From Antedon mediterranea (Eukaryota > Animalia > Echinodermata): DNA of 64,000 nucleotides. Under the pieces are notes generated by a model. That model was not told the origin of the DNA. It searched no databases and saw only the letters and a program-made list of their open reading frames with translations. Where the stretch lies: positions 25,358,001-25,422,000 of the forward strand of contig NC_092674.1 of NCBI RefSeq assembly GCF_964355755.1, read 5' to 3'. This document shows, piece after piece, positions 25,050-38,471 of this stretch (position 1 is its first letter; the number at the start of each line of letters is the position of its first letter). The translations under genes and the position numbers were made by a program.

Positions 25050-28000
25050 TTATCTTGTGCACACAACGCATGATAACTCGTGGTTATCAACATATGGCGG
25101 ACATTTGAGTGACCCACATTTTCCGACGGCAGGATAGATTACAAAGCCATTTTTATCCATTTTTGAATTATCCCTACTTTGAGGAGAGCCGTCGACGCAA
25201 AGGTATTCATGGGTGGCCTTGTGATGAGTACAACCACCCATTAATAAACCTTCGTACTCCTTGGTCCAGCCTTCAGGGCATGTACGTTTAGCTGGGATCA
25301 TTATACTTGCTGATCGACCTTTTGCTAGACACACTGCGCAAGCTGGATCCGTGTCATGTACGTCATTCCACTGAGGGTATTGATCGGACGCCGTTTGGTA
25401 CTCAGCACCATACACTTCAGCCCTATGAGAGCCGTTCGCCACCATTCGCTCGTCGTATTCAGGTTTCTCGGGTAAACACAGTGGGTTTGTACCAGCTCCA
25501 GTTTGCATAAAGTGCCCTCCTCCAAGATACCCTAAACATTATTATTCAAAACAGTAAAACAATAAACGTGGTAATCATAATGTAAGGTGTAACAAAATTG
25601 TCGGTGCCCAAATCCGACGCAACCATACAATTCCGGCCTAGAAATAGAATCTGCTTTTCATGTTGTAGTTGAGTATTTTTAACAAGCCGACACTTGTTAT
25701 TACTTGATAATAGAGACTTTACGAAACACGATGGGAAGCCACAGGACGGTGCGATCATGAATAATTTATGCATGAGCTTTAACAAAGTAGGCGGAGCTTA
25801 GTGTGAAATTCCGTCGTCTTAACTTTTTGAGGACGATAAAGTTGCCATTTTCCCGTTTACGGAGAACGAATTGAACAAATATACATATAACCTTAAATAT
25901 ACAGTTCAAATTACACTTAAACGTTGAAAAAATATTTGAACTTAAAATTTAATTGTTTAACGAAATAACATTTTTATTGGGTTAAAATGGCTGTGTTAAA
26001 AGCAATACATTCTGCGAGGCGTTTGAATTCGATGCTCCTAGCTAGGAAGGCCTATGCTGTTCCACCAGAGCTAAGCGATTCAGAAGGGCCCACGCCGCAA
26101 GACACGGGAAGGGGAGAGGGATACTGTCGTTCATCGTCTTCGCGCAAGGGCTCGTAACTAATAAAGCGGCTATGTTGACTGTATATGATTTTGCGCTCTA
26201 GCGAACACAAGATATATTCATCGTCCTCCCCTAACCGTCGTTAGTTAAAAGTCCTTTAAAGTGAGGTGGACGACCCAAGGTGAAATGCGCTGGTGACGTT
26301 CGGGAAGTTTAAAGGCAAGGAGAGAGGGAGGGGCGATGAAACCGAAAATAAGTATAAAGTGTAAATAAAAATAATGTTCAAAACAACATTTTATCACAAG
26401 TTTTATGTAAATTCATAAATTACATTTTGTTCAACTTTTTATATATTCTGTACACATATAGGCCTAGTACTATGGGTTTGAATGGTGGATCTTATGAATA
26501 ATAAAGCTGTTTGTGATTTTAAAATTAATAATATTGATTTATTTTCACTTACCAACGTATACGATTTCTGAAGAATTTGGGGTGCAGTCCTTCCGACCCC
26601 AATGAGTATACTCAGCATAATTGTTAAAGTTAGTTGTAAAAGCTGTAAATATTAAATTACATTATATTTATGACAGATATTCCTTCATATCATTACTCTT
26701 AAAGATATTATTGTCCCCCTCAAAAAATAATTCTTAACAAAATGTTTGTTGAATGTCCCATTTTAATGCAACATAATAGTTATCCACTTTGACCAAAAAT
26801 TTGATCGGGAAAAAAATGCATTTACTTGAAAAAAAAACTGGTTTAAAGCAAAATTTTTTTTCTATTTGTTTTCTACTTATTTTAATTAATCTTAATTTTT
26901 CATGTTTTTGGGGACAATACATCTTTAGGGATGTAATTGTGAAATAGAAATATAACTGTAAATTTGTTACCAAATGTAATGCGAAATTTGACCAACCACA
27001 ATCTCGCCCCCACCCCCCAACCCAGTGTGAGAAAAACTAAACAGCTATTACGAGTTAGATGTGAACATCCACTCTGGGAAGAAGACATTCCTTGGATGTA
27101 CCGTAACGTCGATATTGAAGAACTCTTCTTCTTTCAGGGCTCAAATCTTAGTTACTTTAAACGCATTGGAACGATATAGAGTCATATGTTATCCCATCAG
27201 ATCCTACGCAATACACTCTAGGGTAAGAGTTGAAAGACAGAATTTTTGCTGGATGGGGGAACTTGGTGGCCCCCAGCCTCCAGATCTGCTTCTGTAATAA
27301 TTTACCTCCGCCAAGGAGGTATATGTAATCGATCGCGTGTGTTTGTTACTTGGCAAAAAAGAATTTTGCCAAGTATAGTATTTACTTTGTTTGTGTGTAT
27401 GTTTGTTTGTTACTTGGCAAAAAGAATTTTGCCAAGTATAGTATTTTTTTGGTGTAGATAGGTAGCCTATATATTTCAGACCAGTCGACTGGCAGGGGCA
27501 CCGCAAATCGGCACAGCTTCAAGACACTCCTCGACCATTATTCTGGTCAATCTTGATTTTAAAAAGGTCATTTTTTGCAATGGCGGGATTGTTTATATTA
27601 AAAAATTATTTAAACAAAATTATTAACCCCAGCAAGATTTTAACATGTAAAGCTAATACATAAAGCAAAAAAATGTATCTTTCAACATGCTCCCAATCAG
27701 TGGATATATTTTGCCAAGTACTTCACTCCGTTTCTGAGTGCTTTCATTTGTTTGTTTGCACGGTAGCGCCTACAGTATTCAAGTTATCGTTCTGGATTTT
27801 TGGGTGTAGATAGGTACATACTTTCAGACCATGCCTAATGAAAATCAATAAAATTGGTTTATCAATAACTTCACAAATAACAAAAATGATATTATTTTCA
27901 GACCGGCTAGAAGTGTTAAAAGATAGGAGACCATTTTCAAAATCCGGTAAGAAGTCTTAAAGTAATACGTAAAATAAAATTATATTTTCTCGAGAACTAC

Positions 28001-29504
28001 TTGTCCAAAAAAAACTCATTTTGGACAAGAGGCAAGGGTTATAATTTGTGATTTGTAATCTTAAAACAATTTTTTAATGTACCGGCTTTTTCATACGAGT
28101 AGTTTAAAAAACCTATTTCTTTTCAAATTCACCCGTTTGTTTTTGGCGTTGCTGTTCTATTGTTATTCAAATTAAACTATTTTTAGTTGATAATTAGTTT
28201 TTTTAGTACCAGCCTGTTTCCTTACTTATTTCATTCTGTACATATGTATATACTTACAAAACATGCCTATTGATTTTCAGGAAAATTGATATATTGGTCA
28301 TGTCACAAAAGCTTATCTTCAGTACGATATATTAAATACCACGCATTCTGTCTTCTTTTAACATGGACATATTCTTTGATATGGACCAAAATTAGTCGAT
28401 TGGTCAAGAGGTTAAGCTTACTACATGGGTTAAGGCGGAGGCGCCGAAAATCGGCATAGCTTAAGATACTCCTCGATCATTATTCTGGTCAATCTTGATT
28501 TTAGAAAGGTCATTGTTGCAATGCCGGAATTGTTTGTATCAAGAAATTATGTAAACAAATTATTAACCCCAGCAGGATTTTAACCATGTAAAGCTAATAC
28601 ATAAAGCAAAAAATGTATTGTTAGTGCTATTGTTAGTCAACTGAAAGGCTTGTTATATAACCATTACACCAAACTCGCATACACATGCTCTGAGTGAAAT
28701 TAGCCTAAATCAAACAGCATTAACACACACACAAACTTATATATATTTATATTTTCCCGGAGAAATCTTATGTAGGAGAATTTTACAGTAGGCGGAGGTA
28801 TGCGCTCTCGGGTGGATTTCTAGTTGTGTAATAGTTTTGATAACTTATTAATGTTGTATTAGTTTAGAGCAAATCACGTCACATAACGTATCCACACTTA
28901 GAATTTTTAAGAGGTTATGATTTTCAGGCGTCCAAGTGATTGTAAAATAGGATATTCTCAGTGTAGAAATGGTTGATGAGAATAACAAACAGCACGCGGT
29001 CTAAAACTCGATAACTAATTGAAAATGATATATTTTTTGTAATTATTAAGAGCAATGTCACAATTAGATAATTTTTATTGTCTAAAAAAAACATAAATCA
29101 ACACACAATCACAATACGCTTACCTTTGTCACCGAAAATGAAATTCCAGATTACTCCGTCATTGTTTTTAGAGGCCTTTATAATAATACAAAATATTATG
29201 ATTAGTTTAATTCTTCACCATCCATAAGATAATTGATTTCAAGTATACATAAATTTGTCTTTTCAAAACTTTAATTAACGACTAACCGTGGCCTTATTAC
29301 AAAGCTAAATCAAAACAAGAGTTTTCGGGCTAGAGCAAAACTATTATCATCAGTGCAAGTTAGAGTACTTGGACAAAGTAGATAGTATAAATAGACAAGC
29401 GCTGCTTGAGTGGACTTGAATAATTATAATAAAAAAGAGTTAATAAAAAGTCTTAATCTTGATTAAAATTCTTACCTTGGCTTCGGTTAGCAAAATCAGG
29501 CAAT
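25050..29504 (-). pseudogene. Gene B copy 2, start codon deleted
   Basis: Exons 25050-25531, 26553-26642 and 29124-29175 are intact. A 34-bp deletion at ~29504 removes the ATG and the first half of the signal peptide. Confidence 0.8.
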
Positions 29505-32500
29505 TTTCTTGTTGGTTCTTGGTTTGTACACCTTTAAAGCTGATGTAATGAAAATGTAAAACGTATTCTGTTTTTATAGGCCTACTAACAGCAGGTGCGC
29601 GGTCAGTAATTGGTGCTAGGTGTTGCAAAATAAATAAAATCATATTTCTAATAATATTGAAAATTAGTGTTCAAATAATATTTCTAATTAAAAACTAATC
29701 TGATTTAGTTCTTGAATACAAAAATGTGTACTGTTCCAGTTACATAATATAGTGTGTGTTTTGAAAGGTGTCCAAATTTCGTTTTTCCTCGAATATTTAC
29801 TATTCAAATCTTAAAAATTTCACTCTAATTGGTTGAGTATTACTTTCCCGGAATTACTAGGGTCTAGAATACTAGTTCTTTTTCTGTTGGTACTCTTTTT
29901 GATATTCGTCGATGCAGAACAGAATCTTCTTTTCAATCATAATAATATATCCCACTTGTCACCAGAATCTGGAATAACTTACCCGGTGAAATTCGCAACA
30001 AGATATTTCTGTTAGTTAGTTAAACTATCTCAGTACTTATTTTTTAAATAGTTTTGATGATGCTTTAATTGTAAAATGTAATTTTGATGTGCTCTTTTCT
30101 GGGTTGACCAAATAGCATAGATGTTTAGCACCTGTTTGGTCTTTCCTTGCCGTTTATATTTTGTTTGTTTTTTCTATGTATGGCAGAAACTGAATAAAAT
30201 TAAAAAATAAATAAAATATTTGGGAACATCACTACCATATGGGTACATCACACTTGTTTGTCAAACTAGTTTGATAGTGTATTAGACGGAGCTTTATAAG
30301 CTTAAAATTTTTTTCTTCACAGTGATATACCGTAATATATAAACGGTAATTAAGTAATGTTCATACCATCAATGTCTCATTAAATAATACCGTATCATTT
30401 ACATCGCAGACGTTTGTACTAATTCAGTAACCAGTGATGAATTGATAAAGTTTTGCATAAGAAGCATTTAAAATGTTTTAAATAAGCGTGTTTCCACCTG
30501 AAATTTCATCAGAACAGAAATTACATAGGATACATAATCACAAAAATGTGATTGAAACATTATAAAAATCTTAAAATGTAAAAAAAAACACAAAAAACTG
30601 TATTAATAAAATATGTATTTTCTAAAATGGTGTCGCTCTGCTCTTTGAGATGCGCAAACGCAATTTTTTATGATTTTTGGAAGGGTTGATTACAGTATGT
30701 CAAACCTTTTCTGACTAAGGTTATACCACATCAGATTAACCATGGAACATTTCACTCATCCCTGTACCAAAGATTGTATAGCGCCGCTATACAATCTTTG
30801 CTTTAACCTTGTTATTTTATTATCTGTACTCAAAGTAACAAGTTTGTTCAAAAACACATTGCTTTCTTCTGTGATGTTTAGATCACCCGGTTTCTAGGTA
30901 CTGTATGTTGTGAATAAACAGTAATTAAAATGTGAATAATTGTAATGATCATGGCATCTGTGATACCGTGAAAACTGCCAAAGTGGCTATGGATGAATGC
31001 AAATTCCAATGAGGCCTTTTTAACTGTTTGCATGTCAGTGTACTGTTATTGAACTGATATAGCCTTAGCCTTGAATATACAAACGACTGAACAACAACAA
31101 CAAATTACCGTAACACCTCGAAAAGAAGCCCGTTTTTTTATTGCTCTTAGGTGGGCTTCTTTTCGAGATAGGCTTCTTTTCGAAAGTACTTTTGCAAACT
31201 GTAGAGGGGGCTTCTTTTCGAAATGAATGCTGTAAATTTTGTGAATTTCTACTACAAACTATAATATGACTTTTGAGACATTTTTTCAACCATGAAATTA
31301 TGTTTAATATACCAATTAAAAAACAATATAAAAAGCAAAAAACAGTCCTATGATTCACCGTCAAATACACTCATTTCGTTATCATCGTCATAAATGTATG
31401 ATAAACACGATCATACATATTAATTATTATCATCAGTCTTCATCAGAAGTATCTGGCATTAAATTATCCTACTACAGTAACTCTTAATGTTTGTATTGTT
31501 TATTTCTGTTCCTTTGACTCAGTTAATGAACCTATATTGTAGTCTATCTCGAAAAGAAGCCCATACTATCTTGAAAAGAAGCCCAGGGGCTTCATTTCGA
31601 GATGGGCTTCTATTCGAGAGTACTTTTGCAAACTGTAGAGGGGGGGCTTCTTTTCGAGATGGGCTTCTTTTTGAGGTTAAGCCCATGGGCTTCTTTTCGA
31701 GGTTTTACGGTATACGAATAATGAACGAATAATTAATGTTTCTCTGAAAGGCTTACTTGCGAAAAGTAGGTAAGCGGGGCCGTTGTACAGCGGTCTTTAA
31801 TTGGAGAGAGTCTTTAACTTGATGGAGACACTGTATTTGGGAATATCACTACCATATTTGGGTACTTTTTTGTCAAACTAGTTTGATAGTGTAGACGGAG
31901 CTTTATAAGCTTAGAATTTTGTTTTCTTCATAGTGATACTGAGTTTTTTTCTAAACGGTAATTATGTAATTGTCATATCATAATGTCTCATTTAATAAAA
32001 CCGTACTTCACCCGGTTTCTAAGTACTGTATGTTGTGAATAAACACAATAATTAAAATGTGAATAATTGTAATAATCGTGGCATCTGTGATACCGCGAAA
32101 ACTGCCAAGGTAGGTAAGCGGGGCCGCGGTACAGTGGTCTTTTATGGGAGGGAGTCTTTAACTTGAGGGAGACAATTTATTTTTAGTCGTATACAACGCA
32201 ACATATGTCGGTCTGTTGGTCGGTCGGTCAGTAAACACTAATTCAAATTTGAGCCCGCGACTGCAGCCATGTACAGTATATGGCCTTGTTTAAGCACGTG
32301 AAAGAAAACAAAGTCAAGTGGATAGAATGAATGCAAATACAAATGATGCCTTTTAAACTTTCCGCGTGCCAATATTTATTGAACTTATATAACCCTAAAT
32401 TATTTTAAATATACAAACTTCTGAACAACCACAACAAATTTAAGAAAATATTATTGGTTTATTATTTCAACCAATATTTACTTTTGTACCAAAATAACAT

Positions 32501-34343
32501 GCATCATATTTGTTTGGCCAAATTGCAAGAATCGCGACCCTAGTAATGGCGCCAATTCCGTGAAAGTAATTTTAGATTTATTTTGAATAGTAAATATTCG
32601 AGGAAAACTAAAATTTGGTCACCTTTCAAAACACACACTATATTATGTAACTGGAACAGTACACATTTTCGTATTCAATAACAAAACTAAATCAGATATA
32701 CGTTTTAATTATAAATATTAGAGTAGGCCTATTCAAACTTCTAACAAATCAGAAAAAACTAATTTGTGCGTGTATAGGTGTATTATTTCAACCGATATTA
32801 ACTTTTGTACCAAAATAACATGCATCATTATTTTGGGCCAAATTCCAAGAACTACGACCCTAGTAAAGGCGCCGATTCCGAGAAAGTAATACACAACCAA
32901 TTAGAGTGAAATTTTAGATTTGATTTGAATAGTAAATATTTGAGGAAATCAAACATTTGGAATTGGAATTATGGCACAAAGGTGCATGAACCATGTTTTA
33001 TCTGCCACGTTTCAAAACAAATATTCAAAGTATTCAATAACAAAACTCAGATACGTTTTAATTATAAATGTTAGAGTAGTATAATAAGTAGTATTAGTTT
33101 CAATATAATTATATTCGACAGGCTATACAGGGCCTTCAGTATACTTGTTTCTTTCTTAAGCGTGGTTCCCACTAGAACGCAACGCAACGTAACGCAGCGA
33201 CGTATCGACGCAAAGTGTTGTATTGCGTAATCACAAGTGGGAACTGACATGCAACAGTGCTGGAAACATCGCAGGTTTGATTTCACGCAGGCGGGGGCAA
33301 GCACAATTATTGGAAGGGAATTTTCTTACGTTGCGTAGGTTGCGTTACGTTGCGTCGCTAGTGGGAACCACGCTTTACTGGAAAAACAATGAAAAGACGT
33401 CGTCGATAATGAGGTGGTGCACACATTTGAGAGAGAGATAACGTATACTGTAGGCATAAAATTGACCATGTGTATCATACTTTTACCTTTTTATTACTTA
33501 TTGGTAATTGTCCGCCAATCAATATAAACACTGTGTTTCTTCTTCCTCTATTGGTCATCCCATTCCGAAATTTTGAAGCAATAAGAAAAATGGCCTATGC
33601 TCAAGACAGTTGTTATGTGCACAATAAATTAAAATACGATGAAAGTTCTTTCTAAATTGGTCAACTTTATTAATGCCATAGCTTGAGCGCCTTTCACCGA
33701 TCGAGCGACTTTCTATGAGAAGAAGAAGTCGTGTCACATAAGAATATAATAAACGGCTCTGATTGTTAAGCTTTGGTTCCCACTAGGGCGTACCGCGTAA
33801 TTTTACCAATCACAAGCTATGGATAATCCAAACTGATGCTTGTCATGGTCAACTCGCTTGCGTTGTCTAGTGGGAACCAAGCTTTAGCGCTATCTGCCAT
33901 TCATTTTAATACTGCACGCCTTTATATTGGGACCGGTGATATTTATTTCCGTACACAAGTCCTCCTCATGAAACATCACAAAATAAACATGAATATTCAT
34001 TAGTCATATCCATATCCAAGGTGTGATGTAAGAATTGAGCTAACTACAATTCGCTAATGCGAACAATGCTTTCTGTTGAGCCGTCTGTTTTTGTCGAATC
34101 GATTAGACAAATCCCATGAGCAACTTATTTTTACTTTATGGTGATAATAGTGAGAGAGATTATTTAGAGGGTTAGGTTTTAGTTATATTTAGGAAGTAGT
34201 TCGGCTATCTTTCACATAAGTGGTCCCCAACTTATGTACGAAAAAAAAATCACGACCCGTAATTCAACTGTGTTTCACGTACAGTAAGCCTTATGCGAAA
34301 TTTTGTAACTAGACTGGAGAGATTTGAATGAAACCTAGCCACA

Positions 34344-35455
34344 ATGACCCTAACTCATGATTTTGTTTTCACGAAACAGTATGCTAAGACAGTACCGAAA
34401 CCATCAGTAAAATCAAGCATTTCGAGAAGAAACGTAACTGATGTTTCCCATGAAGATGAGAGTGTTTGGCCATTTTCAACGAATGGAAACATGTCGTCGA
34501 ATTCTTCCATATTCCCGTACAACGGTTGTAGCAGTGAACGACGGTATCAAGGTATATGCATGTACATACAACTGATTTCGAAAAAAGTAAAACGCAATGG
34601 CTGATGTAAAACGGAATTTGAATCATAATATAAACTTGTTGTATATATAGCATGATAATTTAAATTTTCCAGATCAACCTAACGTTTTAAGCAATACTGG
34701 GTTATCGCCTGTAATGTTATCTGGTAATCGTTACAAACAGTATCAAAGACCTAGTCCAGGATTCGCTGTAGCACCACGTCTGCGTCTGCCAAAGAAACCA
34801 GTACCACAACCTAAAGGAGCCAGGTCAATGCCTGGCTCTTCAATTATTCGTTATAACAGACAGCGAGGTGGTCACCCACAGTTAAGGTGAGTTTCAGTAC
34901 AAGCATGTACCTTTAACTGTCATGAAACACGTATAGAACGCCGTTACTTCCTTCTTCGGCTCTTTTACCATTACGTTCGGCACTTTCACCATTTCATACG
35001 GCTCTGGTAAAAGAGCCGTATAAAATGATGACAGAGCCAAATGGTAAAGGGCCGAATAGTAAACGAGCCGAATAAGGCAGTAACGGCGTTCCATAGACAC
35101 GTCTGAGACTGCAGATGACCAATAAGCATAACACAATGTCTAAAATAAAATCATTGGTCGTCGAAAAAACAATAAAAATGCATAATTACAACCTGTTTAG
35201 TTACCATAGGCATAATATTAAAAGGATGCTGATCAGTATTTTTATTTAAACAGCCGGTCACTGCCAACTCAAACAATCACGACGCCCAGGTCACATTGTA
35301 GAACTAGTACAAACTCTTCTGATGGCTTCCAAGAAGGCAGGCTTCAAAGTCGATTACCCGCTCGGCGCGAAAGGCTTTTGTCAGCAAGGGAACCCCACAA
35401 CGAAGGTCCAAGGATAGTATATACTTTTGGAAATATGCAAGTGTATGAAGACTGA
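34344..35455 (+). CDS. Gene A copy 3, intact; exons 34344-34551, 34673-34886, 35254-35455
   Basis: Same exon lengths (208/214/202) and splice sites as copy 2. Confidence 0.72.
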
Positions 35456-35464
35456 AGGCCATTT

Positions 35465-36368
35465 GGCGCTAGTTCCGTTTCGCACCTGTTTTTATTTCGA
35501 CTTCCTTTTGACTCCAAATTGTTAAGCAACTTATTGTGAATACCACACCTTAAAATTGGGCCTCATAAGTACTTTTATGAAGAAGAATCACACAAAAAGT
35601 AACAAATAAATCCTTAAATTGATGATTTTACAGACATGTTTCTCGCATGCCGTTCGCCGCGAATTTAGCATACTCGAAGTTCAATATTTTCGTTTCTATG
35701 GAGCGCCAAAAGAGCAACAACAATAGATGGTTAAAACCTCAGTGGAATGCGTCTTCTTTTAATGCATTTATTATTGAAATACACGTTTAATTTTAATATA
35801 TTTTGTCAATAAAAATGCTGTAACATTTTACTGCTAATAATTTGCTGTTTTCAAATAGCAACCAACCCTAGGCCTAAGAGTAAGACTAAGACTAAGAGGC
35901 ACATTATTTAGATTAAGGTATAGGCCTACCCCTACAGTACATGTAATATGATGATGAATTTGTCGATTTTTATTCCTAAAAGCTCCTGCAAAAACCATGT
36001 ACAGTATCAACAGTAATATTTTTGTTGCATTGACATTGACAAAATATGATAAAATTGAACGTAATTTTCACCAATAAATGCATTAAATTTACGAAATTTA
36101 CTGAGTTTTTAGCCCTCTATTATGATTGCTCTTTTGGCGCTCCATAGAAGCAACAACATTGAACATGGAGTATGCGAAATTCACGAACCGATGTGCGAGA
36201 AACACGTCTGTAAATTCATCAATTTAAAGGATTTACTTTTTACTTTTTGTGTGATCTCCTTCGTAAAAGTATTTTTGAGGCCTAATTCTAAGGTGTGGTA
36301 CTCACGATAAAGTTACTTAACCAATTTTGAGTCGAAATAAACGACAGGTGCGAAACGGAACTAGCGCC
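35465..36368. mobile_element. Merlin-like foldback MITE
   Basis: Perfect 25-bp TIR GGCGCTAGTTCCGTTTCGCACCTGT; 8-bp TSD GGCCATTT; long imperfect subterminal inverted repeats; empty in the other units. Confidence 0.85.
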
Positions 36369-37446
36369 GGCCATTTATAAGTAATTAATATTATTATAAT
36401 GTAGATATATTTTTAAAATCTTAGCCTTTAAACCGCCATTGGAAGGACCGAGAGCCTTCCAATATCATTCGTGCAATATAATAGGATAGGCTTAAGTTAG
36501 AAAAAAAATACATCTTATAACCACAATAATTCCCCTGTCGTAATCAGCTCCACAGTCGAGACCGAAGCCAATTAAACGTGCTATAAGCCTAAACAAAAAT
36601 CATGTTTTGATGAAAAAATGATTCATATTGAAAAAAATAAACCCATTCAACCTATTCAATATCTATTAAAGCGGAAGTAAATAATATAAATTTTATAAAT
36701 TAAAGCTATAATAAAGATGATAATATATTGAAAGCAATTAGAGGCCATGGTAGGGCAAATACATTGTGTAGAAAATCGACGAATCTGGATTCAAATAATA
36801 TATAGACTAAATGCAAGGAATGTTTGGGGAAAAAAAATGATCGATACTGGAAACCGGTTTACAGTAGTTTATAGTATAAACACATAACCATGTGCATTAA
36901 TAGAGATAGTCTATGCAGTGTATATCAACGTAAGAACAGACGGCTGGATTAAAAAACAACCAAGACGTATCTTATGGAGACTAACCATTCAAAATGTCAA
37001 ACCGTAGTAAAATCACGAGACGGAGCTGCTCAGTCTTAAATGTAAGTATACTTGGAGAAACTGTTATTTATTATGATGTAGGCCTACTGTATCTAAGTTT
37101 ATTCAGGTTTCCGTGACAATCCAGCACTTAGTAAAGTGATAGTGGGATGTATTTTAAGGCATCTATTTATATTCGGTCGTCATCGAAATTGTTCAACCCA
37201 AAAATACAGTATGGTAGTTTGTTCCATTTTAAGCAACGGTGTATGGAACGCGAGAAGTGCAATAAATGATTATTTGTTTTCTTCAGGTAGTCGTCGTTAG
37301 CGTAACAATAATGGTATATAGAACGCGAAAAATGCAGTAAAACGATTATTTGTTATCTTCTGTACTCGCTGTTGATAGTCATTTAGTTCATTATTTTGTT
37401 GTTACAGGCCACTATGCTTATGTGTATTTGTTCTGAATTATGGTAT

Positions 37447-38137
37447 TAATCTATTAATTCAACATTTATTAGTTTCTATCAATGGTATAACAATACAATA
37501 AAAAAGAATGATAATTTATAATGAGAAAATACAAAAAATACCAATAATAGAGGATCTGCAAGAAGAGAATACTTGTCACGCAAGACCCATAAACAAAAGA
37601 AAAAAATACATTTGTATATAATTATTAAATAAAATAAAAAAAAGTCATGACAAAAACAGTTTGAAGGTCTAGTTTGAGTACAATGATAACAAATTACTTT
37701 TAAGTTTTTTACGAAAAGTTGGGAGAGAGGAAGAGTTAACAATACTAGTATCTAATTGATTCCAAATTAAAGGGCCAGAAACATAAATAAAGTGAGAAGA
37801 ACTAGTTAATCTTACAAAAGGAATAGTTAACTGAAACTTATGAACAGTACTTCTTAAATTATGACCATGGTTGAAATCAGCAGTGTTAAATAAATTCATC
37901 ATGGGAGAAGGAAGATTGTTAGAAAAATATTGAAAGACAAAAGAGGCACTTTGCAATTTATGTATATCACCTAACTTCAGTAACTTAAGTTCATAAAATA
38001 AAGGTTCAGATGGAGTAATGCGAGACGTACAAGTAATATTTCTAATAGCACGCTTAATCAGCTTATTAAGTTTATCGAGATGTGATGGATAGTCAGCAGC
38101 CCAAATAATGTTACAATAATAAAGATGAGGTAAAATT
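37447..38137 (-). mobile_element. 5'-truncated LINE (L2/Crack/CR1 group) 3' end
   Basis: Encodes YCNIIW...KRAIR...GPLIWNQL...FRKKLK, the ORF2 C-terminus, followed by a T-rich UTR and AATAAA; unique to unit 3. Confidence 0.85.
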
Positions 38138-38471
38138 ACAGTATGTGATTAATAATATTTAATTGAAGTTGTATTATTTTATTGTTCAAAATACATCAAT
38201 AACTAACTCGTGAGGCCATTTCAGTTTCAGAGGAACTTATTTTTATTTCGCCAACTATACGCTAAAGCTTGTTACACAAAGCAATAGCATCATCTACCGT
38301 ATATTTTGAATAATGAATATCATTTGTTAAGAAAAATGTATCCAGTATAGCTTGTTACACAAAGCAATAACATCATCTAACATATATTTTGAATAATGAA
38401 TATCATTTGTTAAGAAAAATGTATGCAGTATAGGCCTAATTATAGCCTCAAAATCATAAGAAGATAGTATC

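Larger units (their letters stand above)
18826..30682. repeat. Tandem duplication unit 2 (11857 bp, no large unit-specific insertion)
   Basis: Colinear with unit 1 once 4219-11148 is removed. Confidence 0.95.
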
